From assembly GCA_963791965.1 (NCBI GenBank), contig CAWBUK010000007.1, forward strand, positions 9,586 to 73,585: a stretch of 64,000 nt of DNA. Reading direction: 5' to 3'. Shown piece by piece: positions 49,747 through 59,530 of this stretch. Position 1 is the stretch's first letter. Each line of letters begins with the position of its first letter. Under the pieces are notes generated by a model. It ran no database searches. It was not told the origin of the DNA and worked only from the letters and a program-made list of their open reading frames with translations. Source of the stretch: an uncultured Acidobacteriaceae bacterium. GTDB lineage: Bacteria; Acidobacteriota; Terriglobia; Terriglobales; Acidobacteriaceae. The position numbers and the translations under genes are program-made.

Positions 49747-51607
49747 ATGGCCACCGATCTTCTAACTCGCCTGCAGGCCGGCGCCGTTCTTTGTGACGGA
49801 GCCATGGGTACCCTGCTGTACTCCAAAGGCATATTCATCAACCGGTGTTACGACGAGCTCAACCTCTCGCAACCCGACCTGATCCGCAACATCCATCATG
49901 AGTACCTGCAGGCGGGAGCCGAGGTCATAGAAACAAACACTTTTGGCGCCAATTCGTTTCGCCTGGGGCGACACGGATGTGTTGATAAGTTGGTGGACAT
50001 CAACCGCATGGGCGCCCGGGTGGCCCGCGAGGCGGCCAAGAGCTTCGATGCCCTGGTCGCCGGAGCCGTGGGCCCCCTCGGGGTTCGCATCGAGCCGCTG
50101 GGCAAAATTGCTTTGTCAGAAGCGCGCTCCGCTTTTCGGGAACAGATTCAGGCCCTCGACGAAGAGGGGATCGACCTCATCATCCTCGAAACCTTTGGTT
50201 ATCTTGAGGAGTTGCACCAGGCGCTGCTGGCGGCGCGTGAGGTCAATCCCAAGCTGCCGGTTGTGGCTCAGGTAACCATCGACGAGGACGGCAACTGCCT
50301 TGACGGCTCGAGTCCCGAGCATTACGGCCCACAGTTGCAGGAGTGGGGCGCCGACGTCGTGGGCTGCAACTGTAGCGTCGGCCCGGTCGCCATGCTCGAC
50401 GCCATGGAGCGGGTGCGCGCCGTGACCACCGCTCCGCTTTCGGCGCAACCCAACGCCGGCATGCCGCGCTCGGTGGAAGGACGCAACATCTATCTGTGCT
50501 CGCCCGAGTACATGGCCAGCTACGCCAAGAAGTTTGTCGAAGTGGGCGTCGTCGCTGGTCGGCGGATGCTGCGGTACTACGCCGGAACACATCCACAGCA
50601 TGAAGTCGCGTCTTCGCGTCGGCTCGGCGCGCAGCAGCTCGTTCAAGCCGGTCGCGGCTCCCTCCGCAGCTCCGGTCGAAACCGTCGCTCTTGGGCAGCG
50701 CTCGCAAGTGGGACGCAAGATCGCTGCCGGCGAATTCGTCACCATGGTCGAGATCGTTCCTCCCAAGGGCATCGACGCCGCCAAGGAGATCGAGGGCGCG
50801 AAGTTTCTGAAATCGGTAGGCGTGGATGCGGTGAACATTCCCGACAGCCCACGTGCCTCGGCGCGCATGGGCAATCAGGCGTTGTGCCTGCTCATTGCGC
50901 AGCAGGTCGGCATTGAGCCTATCCTGCATTACACCTGCCGCGACCGCAACGTGCTGGGCATTCAGTCTGACCTGCTGGGCGCAAGCGCGGTCGGCATCAA
51001 CAACCTCATCTGCATCACCGGCGATCCGCCGAAGATGGGCGACTATCCCGATGCAACCGCGGTCTTCGACGTGGATGCCATCGGGTTGGTGAACATCGTC
51101 CACAACCTGAACCGCGGACTCGACATTGGTTCCAATCCCATCGGAGCCGCCACTAAGTTTGTTATCGCCGTGGGCGCCAATCCGGGCGCGGACAATATCG
51201 ACGAAGAGATTCGCCGTTTCGAGTACAAGGTCGAAGCCGGAGCCGAACTCGCCGTCACTCAGCCGGTATTTGATCTGCGACTGTTGGAACAGTTTTTGAA
51301 AAACATCGCCCACTGCCGCATTCCGGTAGTTGCCGGCATCTGGCCGCTGACCAGCGCGCGCAATGCTGAGTTCATGAAGAATGAGCTGCGGGTTTCCATC
51401 CCCGACGAGATCATCGACCGCATGGTCAAAGCCAGTACTGCCGAAGCCGCCCGTGCCGAAGGCGTAGCCATAGCCCGCGACATGCTCTCCGCTGCGCGCG
51501 AGATGGTGCAGGGCGCGCAGATCGCGGCGCCCTTCGGCCGCTACTCCTGCGCCGTGGATGTGCTGGAAGCGCTGGGCACAGGTAGCAGCAACTGCGCGGC
51601 GGTGTGA
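49747..51607 (+). pseudogene. bifunctional homocysteine S-methyltransferase / 5,10-methylenetetrahydrofolate reductase, interrupted by a 1-nt frame shift
   Basis: The Hcy-binding domain (LCDGAMGT.., CNCSVGP, then GGCCGTTPEHI in the second frame) is followed by an MTHFR domain (FVTMVEIVPPKG..HYTCRDRN..ICITGDPP). ORFs 49702..50916 and 50534..51607 join at about 50546-50555. Confidence 0.85.
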
Positions 51608-51751
51608 AGAGTAAAGCGAGTCTTCAGACCCGCGTCAACGCCATTGAAAATACATTGGGGCTTTAGACCGTGGGATACTCGCAACAGACTTTCTCAGCGA
51701 CCACTTTAGCCGCCGAGGAACTCCTGCGACCATTTGCTGCCAGAGATGCGC

Positions 51752-51774
51752 AATGCAGGTCGGAAATGCAGGTC
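51752..51774 (+). promoter_or_regulatory. direct-repeat operator candidate upstream of mntA
   Basis: AATGCAGGTC at 51752-51761 and again at 51765-51774 (13-bp period), 39-61 nt upstream of the mntA ATG. Confidence 0.35.
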
Positions 51775-51812
51775 TTGCCCGGAGCGCAGTTTCTCGGCTA
51801 GTGTGTACTCAC

Positions 51813-52104
51813 ATGAGACCGTCCGAAGCTCTCGAAAGCTATCGCGTTGAACTGCGACAACTCGTCAGCCGGTATGGGCTGTCACGGCCGCGGGTCTTTG
51901 GATCAGCTTTGACTGGCACCGACACAGACGAGAGTGACCTTGATTTGCTCGTTGATCCAGGAGAGTCGACCAGCCTGTTGACCTTGGCTGGCTTGCAGCT
52001 TGACGCTGAAAAGTTGCTCGGGAGTAACGGTATCTGTTCTAACGCCCGGCGGATTGCCTCCGAAATTTCGCAACCAGGTACTGCAACAGGCCCGACCGTT
52101 ATGA
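51813..52104 (+). pseudogene. mntA: MntA-type nucleotidyltransferase antitoxin, interrupted by a 1-nt frame shift
   Basis: GSALTGTDTDESDLDLLV (minimal NTase GS..SD.D motif). After ..AEKLLG (about 52018-52025, GGG run), the +1 frame reads VTVSVLTPGGLPPKFRNQVLQQARPL*. This is a canonical MntA C-terminus, and its TGA overlaps the hepT ATG (ATGA at 52101-52104). Confidence 0.75.
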
Positions 52105-52475
52105 AGCACCCCGAACGGTTGGAAGAGTACTTAGAGCACATCGTGGAGGCAGTCGAGCGAGCACTCAGCTACATTCAACCGCTGCTGACCGTAGAAGCGT
52201 TCCAACAGAATCAGCAAGTTCAAGACGCGGTTGTTCGCAACATCGAGATTATCGGTGAGGCAGCGAACCAAATTGGAGACATGGCGCCGGATTTCATCAA
52301 CGACCATCCCGAGGTGCCGTGGGCACAAATGCGCGCCATGCGCAACCGAGTGATCCATGGCTACTTCTTTGTCGATGCCAGGATAGTCTGGACTACCGTT
52401 AAGATCGATCTCCCCAAGCTGAAGCAGCAGATTGACGGATTGCTCACCGAACTGCGATTCCGCTCTGGGCAGTGA
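52101..52475 (+). CDS. hepT: HepT-type HEPN (DUF86) toxin
   Basis: MKHPERLEEYLEHIVEAV.. N-terminus and the R-x4-H HEPN motif (MRNRVIHGY). 124 aa. Confidence 0.8.
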   Translation: MKHPERLEEYLEHIVEAVERALSYIQPLLTVEAFQQNQQVQDAVVRNIEIIGEAANQIGDMAPDFINDHPEVPWAQMRAMRNRVIHGYFFVDARIVWTTVKIDLPKLKQQIDGLLTELRFRSGQ

Positions 52476-52581
52476 GGTCCGGCGGAGCCAAGCGGACCTT
52501 CTATGAAGATCCGAACCGTCGCGCCCTGACGCGCATTAATCGATGAGGCGCACTGAGCACTACCCACTGCCCACTTCTTAC

Positions 52582-52602
52582 TCGACAACCGACAACCGAC
52601 AA
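52582..52602. repeat. heptamer-periodic array (CCGACAA-type)
   Basis: TCGACAA CCGACAA CCGACAA, directly downstream of the stop of the zinc-ribbon gene. It is the same word family as 12380-12418. Confidence 0.55.
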
Positions 52603-52610
52603 CTGTCTTA

Positions 52611-53651
52611 TCACTTCCCGCTCACCAGCGCCTCAGCCGTCGCCGACTTGGTTGGATCCGCCTTGCTGGTGGCCACGATGTGATACGTTCCCGGCGTTGG
52701 TGGCGCGGTGTAGGATCCCAGGCTGGCTACACTTCCACCTTGCGCTTGCGCTCCGTGGCTGACGATGGTGCCGCCCGAATTGCCTTCGACGACCGACCAG
52801 GTCACGTCGGTATCGCCGCTACCGCTAACGCTGGCTGAGAAATCCTGTGCCGCGCCGGCAGCAACCTCGGCCTCGGTGGGAGTAACCGTGATGGTGACGT
52901 TGCCTGCGGCTATATGTTTGGCTGCGGGGCGGGACATCAAGTAAATGACGCCCAACACTCCCAGCGCCAGCACCACCATCAGGACGATCAAGACCTTGCG
53001 ACTGCCGCGTTGCCGGGAACTGTCGTCATAGAAATAGAAGAAGTCCGAATCTTTTCCAGGCGCGGTGGCGGCCGGCGGAGGAGCTGGCGCGGCATTCGCG
53101 GCCACCGGCGTTCTAGCCGGGGCTGCTGCGGGCTTGCGCGCCGGCTCGGGCACATCCAGCCAGGCGTTAGTGGCGGCCGGGGCTACAGCCGCCTCGGATG
53201 GAACTGCACTCTCGGCTTTTAGCCGCTGACCGCATCGCTCGCAGTAAGTATTGTTCGCTGGATTGGCCGCGCCACAAAAGGCGCAGGTTACACGCGCTGC
53301 CGCGGGCGGAAACTCGGGCGGCAACGCCTCAATCGGTACCATGCCGCGAACCGAAGCAATCTCCTCGCCCTCCAACAGCACCTGCTGCTCCTGCTGTTGC
53401 GAAAGTGGTGGTGCGGCCGCCCTCATGGGTGCCACGGGTGGAGTCATTCTCGCCGCCGGAGGCGGAGGTACGGGCAGCGGCGCACGAGAAGCTTCGACGG
53501 TCGACTGAAGTGGACGGGGCGGCGCAGACGGCTCAGTCGAAACATTAGCCGCAGCGCGAGTCTTAGCCGGTCGAGGGGCGGCTGGAGCTCCGCAGTTGGC
53601 GCAGAACTTGTCGACGGTCCGCATTTCCTCACCGCAATTTGTACAGAACAT
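52611..53651 (-). CDS. zinc-ribbon / Pro-Ala-rich / single-TM protein with an Ig-like C-terminal domain
   Basis: Two CxxC..CxxC ribbons (MFCTNCGEE..CANCG; CAFCG..CERCG), a TM helix (VLIVLMVVLALGVLGVIYLM), and a beta-rich C-terminus (VTITVTPTEAEV..WSVVEGNSGGTIV). Confidence 0.7.
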   Translation of the reverse strand: MFCTNCGEEMRTVDKFCANCGAPAAPRPAKTRAAANVSTEPSAPPRPLQSTVEASRAPLPVPPPPAARMTPPVAPMRAAAPPLSQQQEQQVLLEGEEIASVRGMVPIEALPPEFPPAAARVTCAFCGAANPANNTYCERCGQRLKAESAVPSEAAVAPAATNAWLDVPEPARKPAAAPARTPVAANAAPAPPPAATAPGKDSDFFYFYDDSSRQRGSRKVLIVLMVVLALGVLGVIYLMSRPAAKHIAAGNVTITVTPTEAEVAAGAAQDFSASVSGSGDTDVTWSVVEGNSGGTIVSHGAQAQGGSVASLGSYTAPPTPGTYHIVATSKADPTKSATAEALVSGK

Positions 53652-53707
53652 TCAGTCTCTCTTTCCTAACGGACTATGCTCAGTCTTAAACCCGGAGCGA
53701 TCCTACT

Positions 53708-56497
53708 TCACTCCTTCGACTGGTCCTTAATCAGCACCACATCGTTAAGATTATTACCTCGGGATACTGCCAGTTTCTGATTTTTCCAATCGTAGGCATA
53801 GTCGCGCATCTGCAAATCGTTAAAGTTCGTAACCTGTACCGGGGCGCCTCCGTTGATGGGCTGCCGCACCAGGTTCGAGACTCCGTGTTGCGTAACCGGG
53901 TAGTAGATGTAGGCGCCATCTCCGGAAAACGCCATCTTGCCGGAAATGGTCATAGGTAGGTCGAATCGTTTGGTGACCGGGCCGCCATTGGAATCCATGG
54001 TCACGACTACCAGCCTGGTCTCTGGCCCCTTGCCCTCCAGCGTCCCCAAGGCGAGCGTTTTGCCATCGGGACTCAGCGCCGCGAACTGCACCATTTCGGG
54101 GTAGAGCCGGCGGGGCTCACCGCCCTCGAGCGCCCTGCGCATGATGACCAGCTTTCCATTGTCGAGCGTGGTGTAGAAGAAATCCTTGCCGTCGGGCGCG
54201 CAAAACGCATTGGAGTCGACCTTGCCCGTGGTCAGCGGCTTCGCGTTGCCGGATTGCAGGTCCAGCAGATATACGCTGATACCTTTGGTCTCCTTGTTTG
54301 GCATGCTGAAGAGCGCTCGCTGCCCATCACCACACACCGAAATGTTCATCATGAATAGCCGTTCGGAAAAGATTACATTCCGGTCGCTGCCATCGGCGTT
54401 CATGGTCGCAATGTGTCCGTCGTAGTCGATAACGACCAGCCTGCCATCCTTCATCCAGGCGACAGAGGTATCGCCGCGGTTGTCGACCATGGCGGGAGAG
54501 CCGGGAGCGTTTGGTTGCGCGCTCAAGGTGTACAGGCCCAGCACCGGCGTGGACTGGACCACTACCAATTCTTTTCCGTCGCCGGTAGCCGCCAGCGTGG
54601 TGTTGCTGTAGTTGTTCAGATCGTTGGTAACGCGGCGGAACTTTCCGCTGCGCAGGTTGATCATGCCGACCTGGCCGTCCCAGTTGGTGTCGATGTTCTG
54701 AAAGATAACCGCCATGTGCCGGCCGTCCGGCAGCCACGTCGGTTTGTTGAAGAACGCAGAGGCAGAGTAGAGCGTTTTTTCCTGGCCGGTCTCGGGATCC
54801 ATCCCGAATACCATGCCCAACGTCTTGCCACCGGGATCGATGACGGTTGACGCAATGGTCGTCCCGTCCGGCGACCACGATGGATCTTTGTAGCCGGGCA
54901 ACGGCCGCGTTGCCAGCACCCGCTCGTTGCTGCCGTCCACGTTGGCGATGATCAGCTTGGAGTTCGCTTCGCTGCCGCTGTCGCGCAGGAACACCATCCG
55001 CTTTCCGTCGGGCGAGAAACTCACGGCACTGTCCACGTCCTTGATCAGCAGACGCGGTGTGCCTCCCAGCACCGGAACCTGGTAGAGGAAGTTGACATCA
55101 GGGTTATCCGCCGGCTTCTGCAGGAAGTACAGGTAACTGCCATCGGGCGAAAAAGTTAGTCCTACGTAGCTCGTCTCGCTAGGGGGAATGATTTCCTTGT
55201 TACTGGCGGTGGCGATGTGGCGCATCCACAGGCTCTGTTTGCCGCCTCCCTCGTCGTGAACGTTGAACAGATATTTGCCGTCCGGCGAGATCGTGGCCAG
55301 CTTTACTTTGCCGGAGTCGGTCAACTTCTCAAAGCCCACGGTCTGAAAGGCTCCAGAGCTGTTCCTCCCCTGCAGCAACGAGTAGACCCCGAAAGCTGCC
55401 GCGGCAATCACCAGCGCCGTAATGACGGCGACGATGCCGGTCCGGCCCTTGTGCTGGCGCGCCGCTTCCATCACCGGCGAGCTGCGATGTGCAGGTGCCC
55501 CGCCCGACGGCGCCACCGGCAACGAAGCCGCGGACGAAACTGGCGTTGCTGTCGCTGACGAACCTGAAGCGGTTCCAGTCGAGGCGAATCCGGTAGAAGA
55601 GTGCGCTACGGTCTTGCCCGATTCGCTGTCCCGCTTCAGACGCTTCAGGTCGCCACGCATCTCCGCTGCCGTCTGGAAGCGCAGGTCGGGATCTTTCTCC
55701 AGTGCCTTGCCGATAATTTCTTCGAGCTTGGGGGCGATGCTGGGATTGAACTCCGAAGGTTGCGGCGGATTGCGGGTAAGGATTTCGCTGAAGATCACGG
55801 CGGAGGTAGCGCCCGCGAAAGGAATGCGCCCGGTCGCCATCTCGTAGAACACGGTTCCCATCGAGAACAGATCGCTGCGGCCGTCGAGTTCCTCGCCCCG
55901 CGCCTGCTCGGGCGACATGTAGGCGACGGTGCCGACGGCGGTGCCGGGAGAGGTCAGGTGCGGCGCGGCATAGGTAGGAGCATCGCCGCCGATGGTTTCC
56001 ATCGCGGCATGGCGCTCGCGAATGAGCTTGGCCAAGCCGAAATCCAGAATCTTCGCCTGCCCGCGCGAGGTGATAAAGATGTTGGCCGGTTTTAGATCGC
56101 GATGCACGATGCCCTTGTGGTGGGCAACGTCGAGCGCATCGGTGACCTGGATGCCGATGTCGAGGATCTTGTCCAGCGGCATCGCGTGGCCATTGATCTT
56201 GTCAGCGAGATTCTGGCCTTCGAGCAGCTCCATGGCGATGAAGCTGTGGCCCTCGCATTCTTCGACAGCGTAGATGGTGCAGATGTTCGGGTGGTTGAGC
56301 GCTGAGGCGGCACGCGCTTCATGCTTGAAGCGCTCCAGGGCGCTGGTGTCCTGCTCGGCCTCAGCCGAGAGGAATTTCAGAGCGACGTGGCGGCCCAGCT
56401 TGCTGTCCTCCGCCTCGTACACCACGCCCATACCGCCCGCGCCCAGGCGACGCACAATGGTGTACTGCAAAAGCGTGCTTCCAGCTACAAGGTCCAA
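53708..56497 (-). CDS. Ser/Thr protein kinase with a C-terminal TolB-like beta-propeller
   Basis: TTG start with GGAG upstream. [30 protein letters not shown]. One TM helix, then repeated SPDG(K/T) WD40-like/TolB blades. Confidence 0.9.
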   Translation of the reverse strand: MDLVAGSTLLQYTIVRRLGAGGMGVVYEAEDSKLGRHVALKFLSAEAEQDTSALERFKHEARAASALNHPNICTIYAVEECEGHSFIAMELLEGQNLADKINGHAMPLDKILDIGIQVTDALDVAHHKGIVHRDLKPANIFITSRGQAKILDFGLAKLIRERHAAMETIGGDAPTYAAPHLTSPGTAVGTVAYMSPEQARGEELDGRSDLFSMGTVFYEMATGRIPFAGATSAVIFSEILTRNPPQPSEFNPSIAPKLEEIIGKALEKDPDLRFQTAAEMRGDLKRLKRDSESGKTVAHSSTGFASTGTASGSSATATPVSSAASLPVAPSGGAPAHRSSPVMEAARQHKGRTGIVAVITALVIAAAAFGVYSLLQGRNSSGAFQTVGFEKLTDSGKVKLATISPDGKYLFNVHDEGGGKQSLWMRHIATASNKEIIPPSETSYVGLTFSPDGSYLYFLQKPADNPDVNFLYQVPVLGGTPRLLIKDVDSAVSFSPDGKRMVFLRDSGSEANSKLIIANVDGSNERVLATRPLPGYKDPSWSPDGTTIASTVIDPGGKTLGMVFGMDPETGQEKTLYSASAFFNKPTWLPDGRHMAVIFQNIDTNWDGQVGMINLRSGKFRRVTNDLNNYSNTTLAATGDGKELVVVQSTPVLGLYTLSAQPNAPGSPAMVDNRGDTSVAWMKDGRLVVIDYDGHIATMNADGSDRNVIFSERLFMMNISVCGDGQRALFSMPNKETKGISVYLLDLQSGNAKPLTTGKVDSNAFCAPDGKDFFYTTLDNGKLVIMRRALEGGEPRRLYPEMVQFAALSPDGKTLALGTLEGKGPETRLVVVTMDSNGGPVTKRFDLPMTISGKMAFSGDGAYIYYPVTQHGVSNLVRQPINGGAPVQVTNFNDLQMRDYAYDWKNQKLAVSRGNNLNDVVLIKDQSKE

Positions 56498-56687
56498 GGG
56501 TGGCTCCGGGAATTATTGTGCGGTGTAGAGGGGGTAAGAGGCAACTATGAAGGGGGTACTTGAAAGGGCAGCCTTCAGGCGTGCCGCTGGAGAAGGATGA
56601 CCCGGCTTCAGCCGCAGTAACTCGCCTCCCCGCCAAAAGATGGTGGGATTCTGGGCACCTGGACGCACGGCTTAAGCTCGCGCCCCT

Positions 56688-57698
56688 TCAAAGCTCCATT
56701 GCCGGTCCGCTGCGCCGATAGACCTCTGCCGCCGCCAGTATGGTGTTGCAATGTATCGCAATCGTGTCTTCAATGCGGATGGCATAACCACCGGCGTAGG
56801 TCACCATGATGGGAATCTCCCGTGCCCGCGCCGCCCGGAACACCAGCTCATCGCGCCGCTTCAGTCCATCGACCGTCAGGTTCAGTCCGCCGAGCTGGTC
56901 TTCGCGGAAGGGGTCGGCGCCCGCTACATAGCAGATGAGCTGCGGCTCGAACTGCCGCAGTCCGGAGCTTAGCGCGTTATCGAGCCAGGCAAGGTATTCG
57001 TCGTCGCTACAGCCGTCGGGCAGGTTCACGTCGATGGAAGACGGCGGCTTCACGAACGGGTAGTTGTTTTCCTGATGCAGCGAGATGGTGAAGACGTCCT
57101 GAGCGGCGCCGCGCAACATCTCGCCCCGGCTGCCGGCGACGGTTTGCGGCGTAGCGGAAGGCAGGGTTGGAGCACTCTGCGCCGGCTTGCTGAAGATAGC
57201 CGCCGTGCCATTGCCCTGGTGAACATCGCAATCCACCGTCATGGCGCGCTGAATGCGGCCTCGCTTTTGCATGGCGCGTATGGCGACGGCGAAGTCGTTG
57301 ATCATGCAGAAACCTTCGCCATGATCGGGAAACGCATGGTGGAAACCGCCGCCAACGTTGATGCACACCCCGTCCTCGAGCGCGCGCTCAGCCGCGAGGA
57401 TGGAGCCTCCGGTATGCAGCATGAAGGCGTCAACCACCTGCGGCGAGTAGGGAATTTCCATCTGCAATTCTTCGCGGGCGGACAGGCTGCCTTCCATCAG
57501 CTTGTTGACATAATGCGGCGAGTGCACCAGCATCACGTCTTGCTCGGAGGCAGGAGATGGTTCGATCAAGTCGGAGCGGTCAATCAGGCCTTGCTGCAAC
57601 AGACGGTCGACGATCAAACGGAATTTGTCGGCACGGAAGACGTGCTCGCCGATGGGAAGGAAGTATCTCTCGCTATAGACAAGTTTGAAAGGAAGCAT
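56688..57698 (-). CDS. histone-deacetylase-family (HDAC/AcuC-like) deacylase
   Basis: GGFHHAFPDHGEGFCMIND and VDCDVHQGNG motifs. Confidence 0.85.
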   Translation of the reverse strand: MLPFKLVYSERYFLPIGEHVFRADKFRLIVDRLLQQGLIDRSDLIEPSPASEQDVMLVHSPHYVNKLMEGSLSAREELQMEIPYSPQVVDAFMLHTGGSILAAERALEDGVCINVGGGFHHAFPDHGEGFCMINDFAVAIRAMQKRGRIQRAMTVDCDVHQGNGTAAIFSKPAQSAPTLPSATPQTVAGSRGEMLRGAAQDVFTISLHQENNYPFVKPPSSIDVNLPDGCSDDEYLAWLDNALSSGLRQFEPQLICYVAGADPFREDQLGGLNLTVDGLKRRDELVFRAARAREIPIMVTYAGGYAIRIEDTIAIHCNTILAAAEVYRRSGPAMEL

Positions 57699-57768
57699 GG
57701 GCCGCGAGCCGGGAACATGCGATTGTACTCCCGGGGGCGGCGCGCGGGTACGTTAAGATGAGCCATCC

Positions 57769-58632
57769 ATGATTCCTGCGGTTCCAGTTGGCGCATTTCG
57801 CCGTGCCGCCCGCCACAACGTGCTCTCGACGGCGGGCGCGGTGCTGATCGTAATCTTCGTCGCCTGCGCGCTGTTCGCGCCCTGGCTGGCGCCATACGAT
57901 CCAGCGCAAATCGAGCTGCCGTCGCGGTTAATGGCTCCGTCGGCGGCGCACTGGTTTGGCACCGACGAGTTGGGACGCGACATCCTGTCACGGGTCATCT
58001 ATGGCGCGCGCATCTCGATGCTGGTGGGAAGTTGCGTAGTGGCGGCGTCGCTCAGCCTGGGGCTGATCTTCGGCTCGATCGCGGGATACTACGGCGGCTT
58101 GACCGATCGTCTTCTGAACGTGGTGGTGATGAACGCGTTCATGTCGTTCCCCGGGATACTGCTGGCCATCGCGTTTGTCGCGTTCCTGGGACCGGGGATT
58201 TTCAACCTGATTTTTGCGCTGTCGATTGGCGGCTGGGTGGGCTATGCCCGATTGGTGCGGGCGCAGGTGCTGGCGGTGCGCGAGCGTGAATTTGTGGAAG
58301 CGGCACGAGCCCTGGGAGCCAGCGATTTACGCATTGTTGCGCGGCATATCCTGCCGAACATCATTCAGCCGGTGCTGGTACAGGCTGCAATTGGAATGGC
58401 AGGCGCGATTTTGGCGGAGGCAACCATGAGTTTTCTCGGGTTGGGGGTACCGCCTCCGACGGCGAGCTGGGGAGCGATGCTGAACGACGCGCGCTCGCAC
58501 CTGTTCGATGCGCCGCACCTGGTGCTGTTTCCCGCAGCAGCGGTGATGCTGGCGGTGCTGTCATTCAATTTTGTGGGCGATGGTTTGCGGGATTATCTGG
58601 ATCCGCGGTCACGGCTGGAGGCGGGATTGTAG
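57769..58632 (+). CDS. ABC transporter permease (DppC/OppC/NikC type), apparently orphan
   Basis: N-terminal WLAPYDP.., HWFGTDELGRDILSR, and the EAA-loop EAARALGASDLRIVARHILPN. No cognate permease, ATPase or binding-protein genes are adjacent. Confidence 0.85.
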   Translation: MIPAVPVGAFRRAARHNVLSTAGAVLIVIFVACALFAPWLAPYDPAQIELPSRLMAPSAAHWFGTDELGRDILSRVIYGARISMLVGSCVVAASLSLGLIFGSIAGYYGGLTDRLLNVVVMNAFMSFPGILLAIAFVAFLGPGIFNLIFALSIGGWVGYARLVRAQVLAVREREFVEAARALGASDLRIVARHILPNIIQPVLVQAAIGMAGAILAEATMSFLGLGVPPPTASWGAMLNDARSHLFDAPHLVLFPAAAVMLAVLSFNFVGDGLRDYLDPRSRLEAGL

Positions 58633-59266
58633 AGCGGCAGAGGGGCTGGCAGGCACACGAGTGCGTTGGATTGTTGCTGAGTTTCACAATTCGGGACTAA
58701 AAAAGCATTGGAAGCCACTATTTCGCCCGAAAACCACGCCGTAATCGCCCTGCATGAGGGGCTTTTTAGGGTCAGCAGGTACAAATCTCGCACACGAGCG
58801 ATTCGTCCAGGCGGCTGATTTTGCAGCGTCTGGAGCCCCAATTTACCGGTAATTACAAGACGTTTAGTGCGACTTTCGGCCTGTTATGGTGCGAATCAGG
58901 CAATTTATGAGAGTTTCTGCTGTTTCAGTCGATTACTTTGGTCCCCTCTTGCAGCTTGGAACTCTTCTGCGATTCACCTACAGCAATGGTGAATTGGAAG
59001 CGCGCTTCCCTGTGTCTTGATGTGCCCTTGCAATGAGGGCTGTCACGCGACCAGGCACTAGTATGCAGCCACGGACATGAGCCATCGCACAGCTTTCACT
59101 CGGAAACCAGAGTATGACGGTTGCGAAACCCATGTCTGTGATGACCGTCACACACGCGCCAAACGAAAGTAACTTTGAACGCACCACTTTTGTTGTTGGG
59201 GGTTTGCGATTCAGACGGGCGCTGACTTCGTGTCAACGGAGCGCTGCCATTACAAGAAGAGAGGCA

Positions 59267-59368
59267 TTACCTGAGGACGAGTTTCCAGACGACACCGATC
59301 GCCAAAACAGCAAGGCCGATGGTGAAGATGATGCCTCGGGCGTTATTGAGCTTGTCCTGCATGTACAT
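59267..59368 (-). CDS. possible 33-aa single-TM peptide (speculative)
   Basis: Manual translation gives MYMQDKLNNARGIIFTIGLAVLAIGVVWKLVLR*. There is no convincing RBS. It lies in an otherwise gene-free ~900-bp stretch. Confidence 0.2.
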   Translation of the reverse strand: MYMQDKLNNARGIIFTIGLAVLAIGVVWKLVLR

Positions 59369-59530
59369 GACACGATTCTACGCCGTGATCACTCACCCGA
59401 TTTCAAATTCTGAGCGTCCGTTGCAGCGACTTTGAATTCGATTCCCCATCTGTGATAACGTTCTGCTCCCTAACTGGCCGGGTAGCCAGGCGCGCGCTAG
59501 CGCACGATTTCCGACAAAGGTCTTCGACCT

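Noticed and set aside
51753-52475. A genuine single-chain MNT-HEPN fusion protein (240-aa ORF in the track).
   Set aside because: The +1 frame after about 52020 encodes a canonical MntA C-terminus (..VLTPGGLPPKFRNQVLQQARPL*), and its TGA overlaps an ATG that starts a normal-length HepT. The in-frame 'linker' (SNGICSNARRIASEISQPGTATGPTV) looks like out-of-frame translation. Given the many other 1-nt indels in the window, a sequencing error is more parsimonious.
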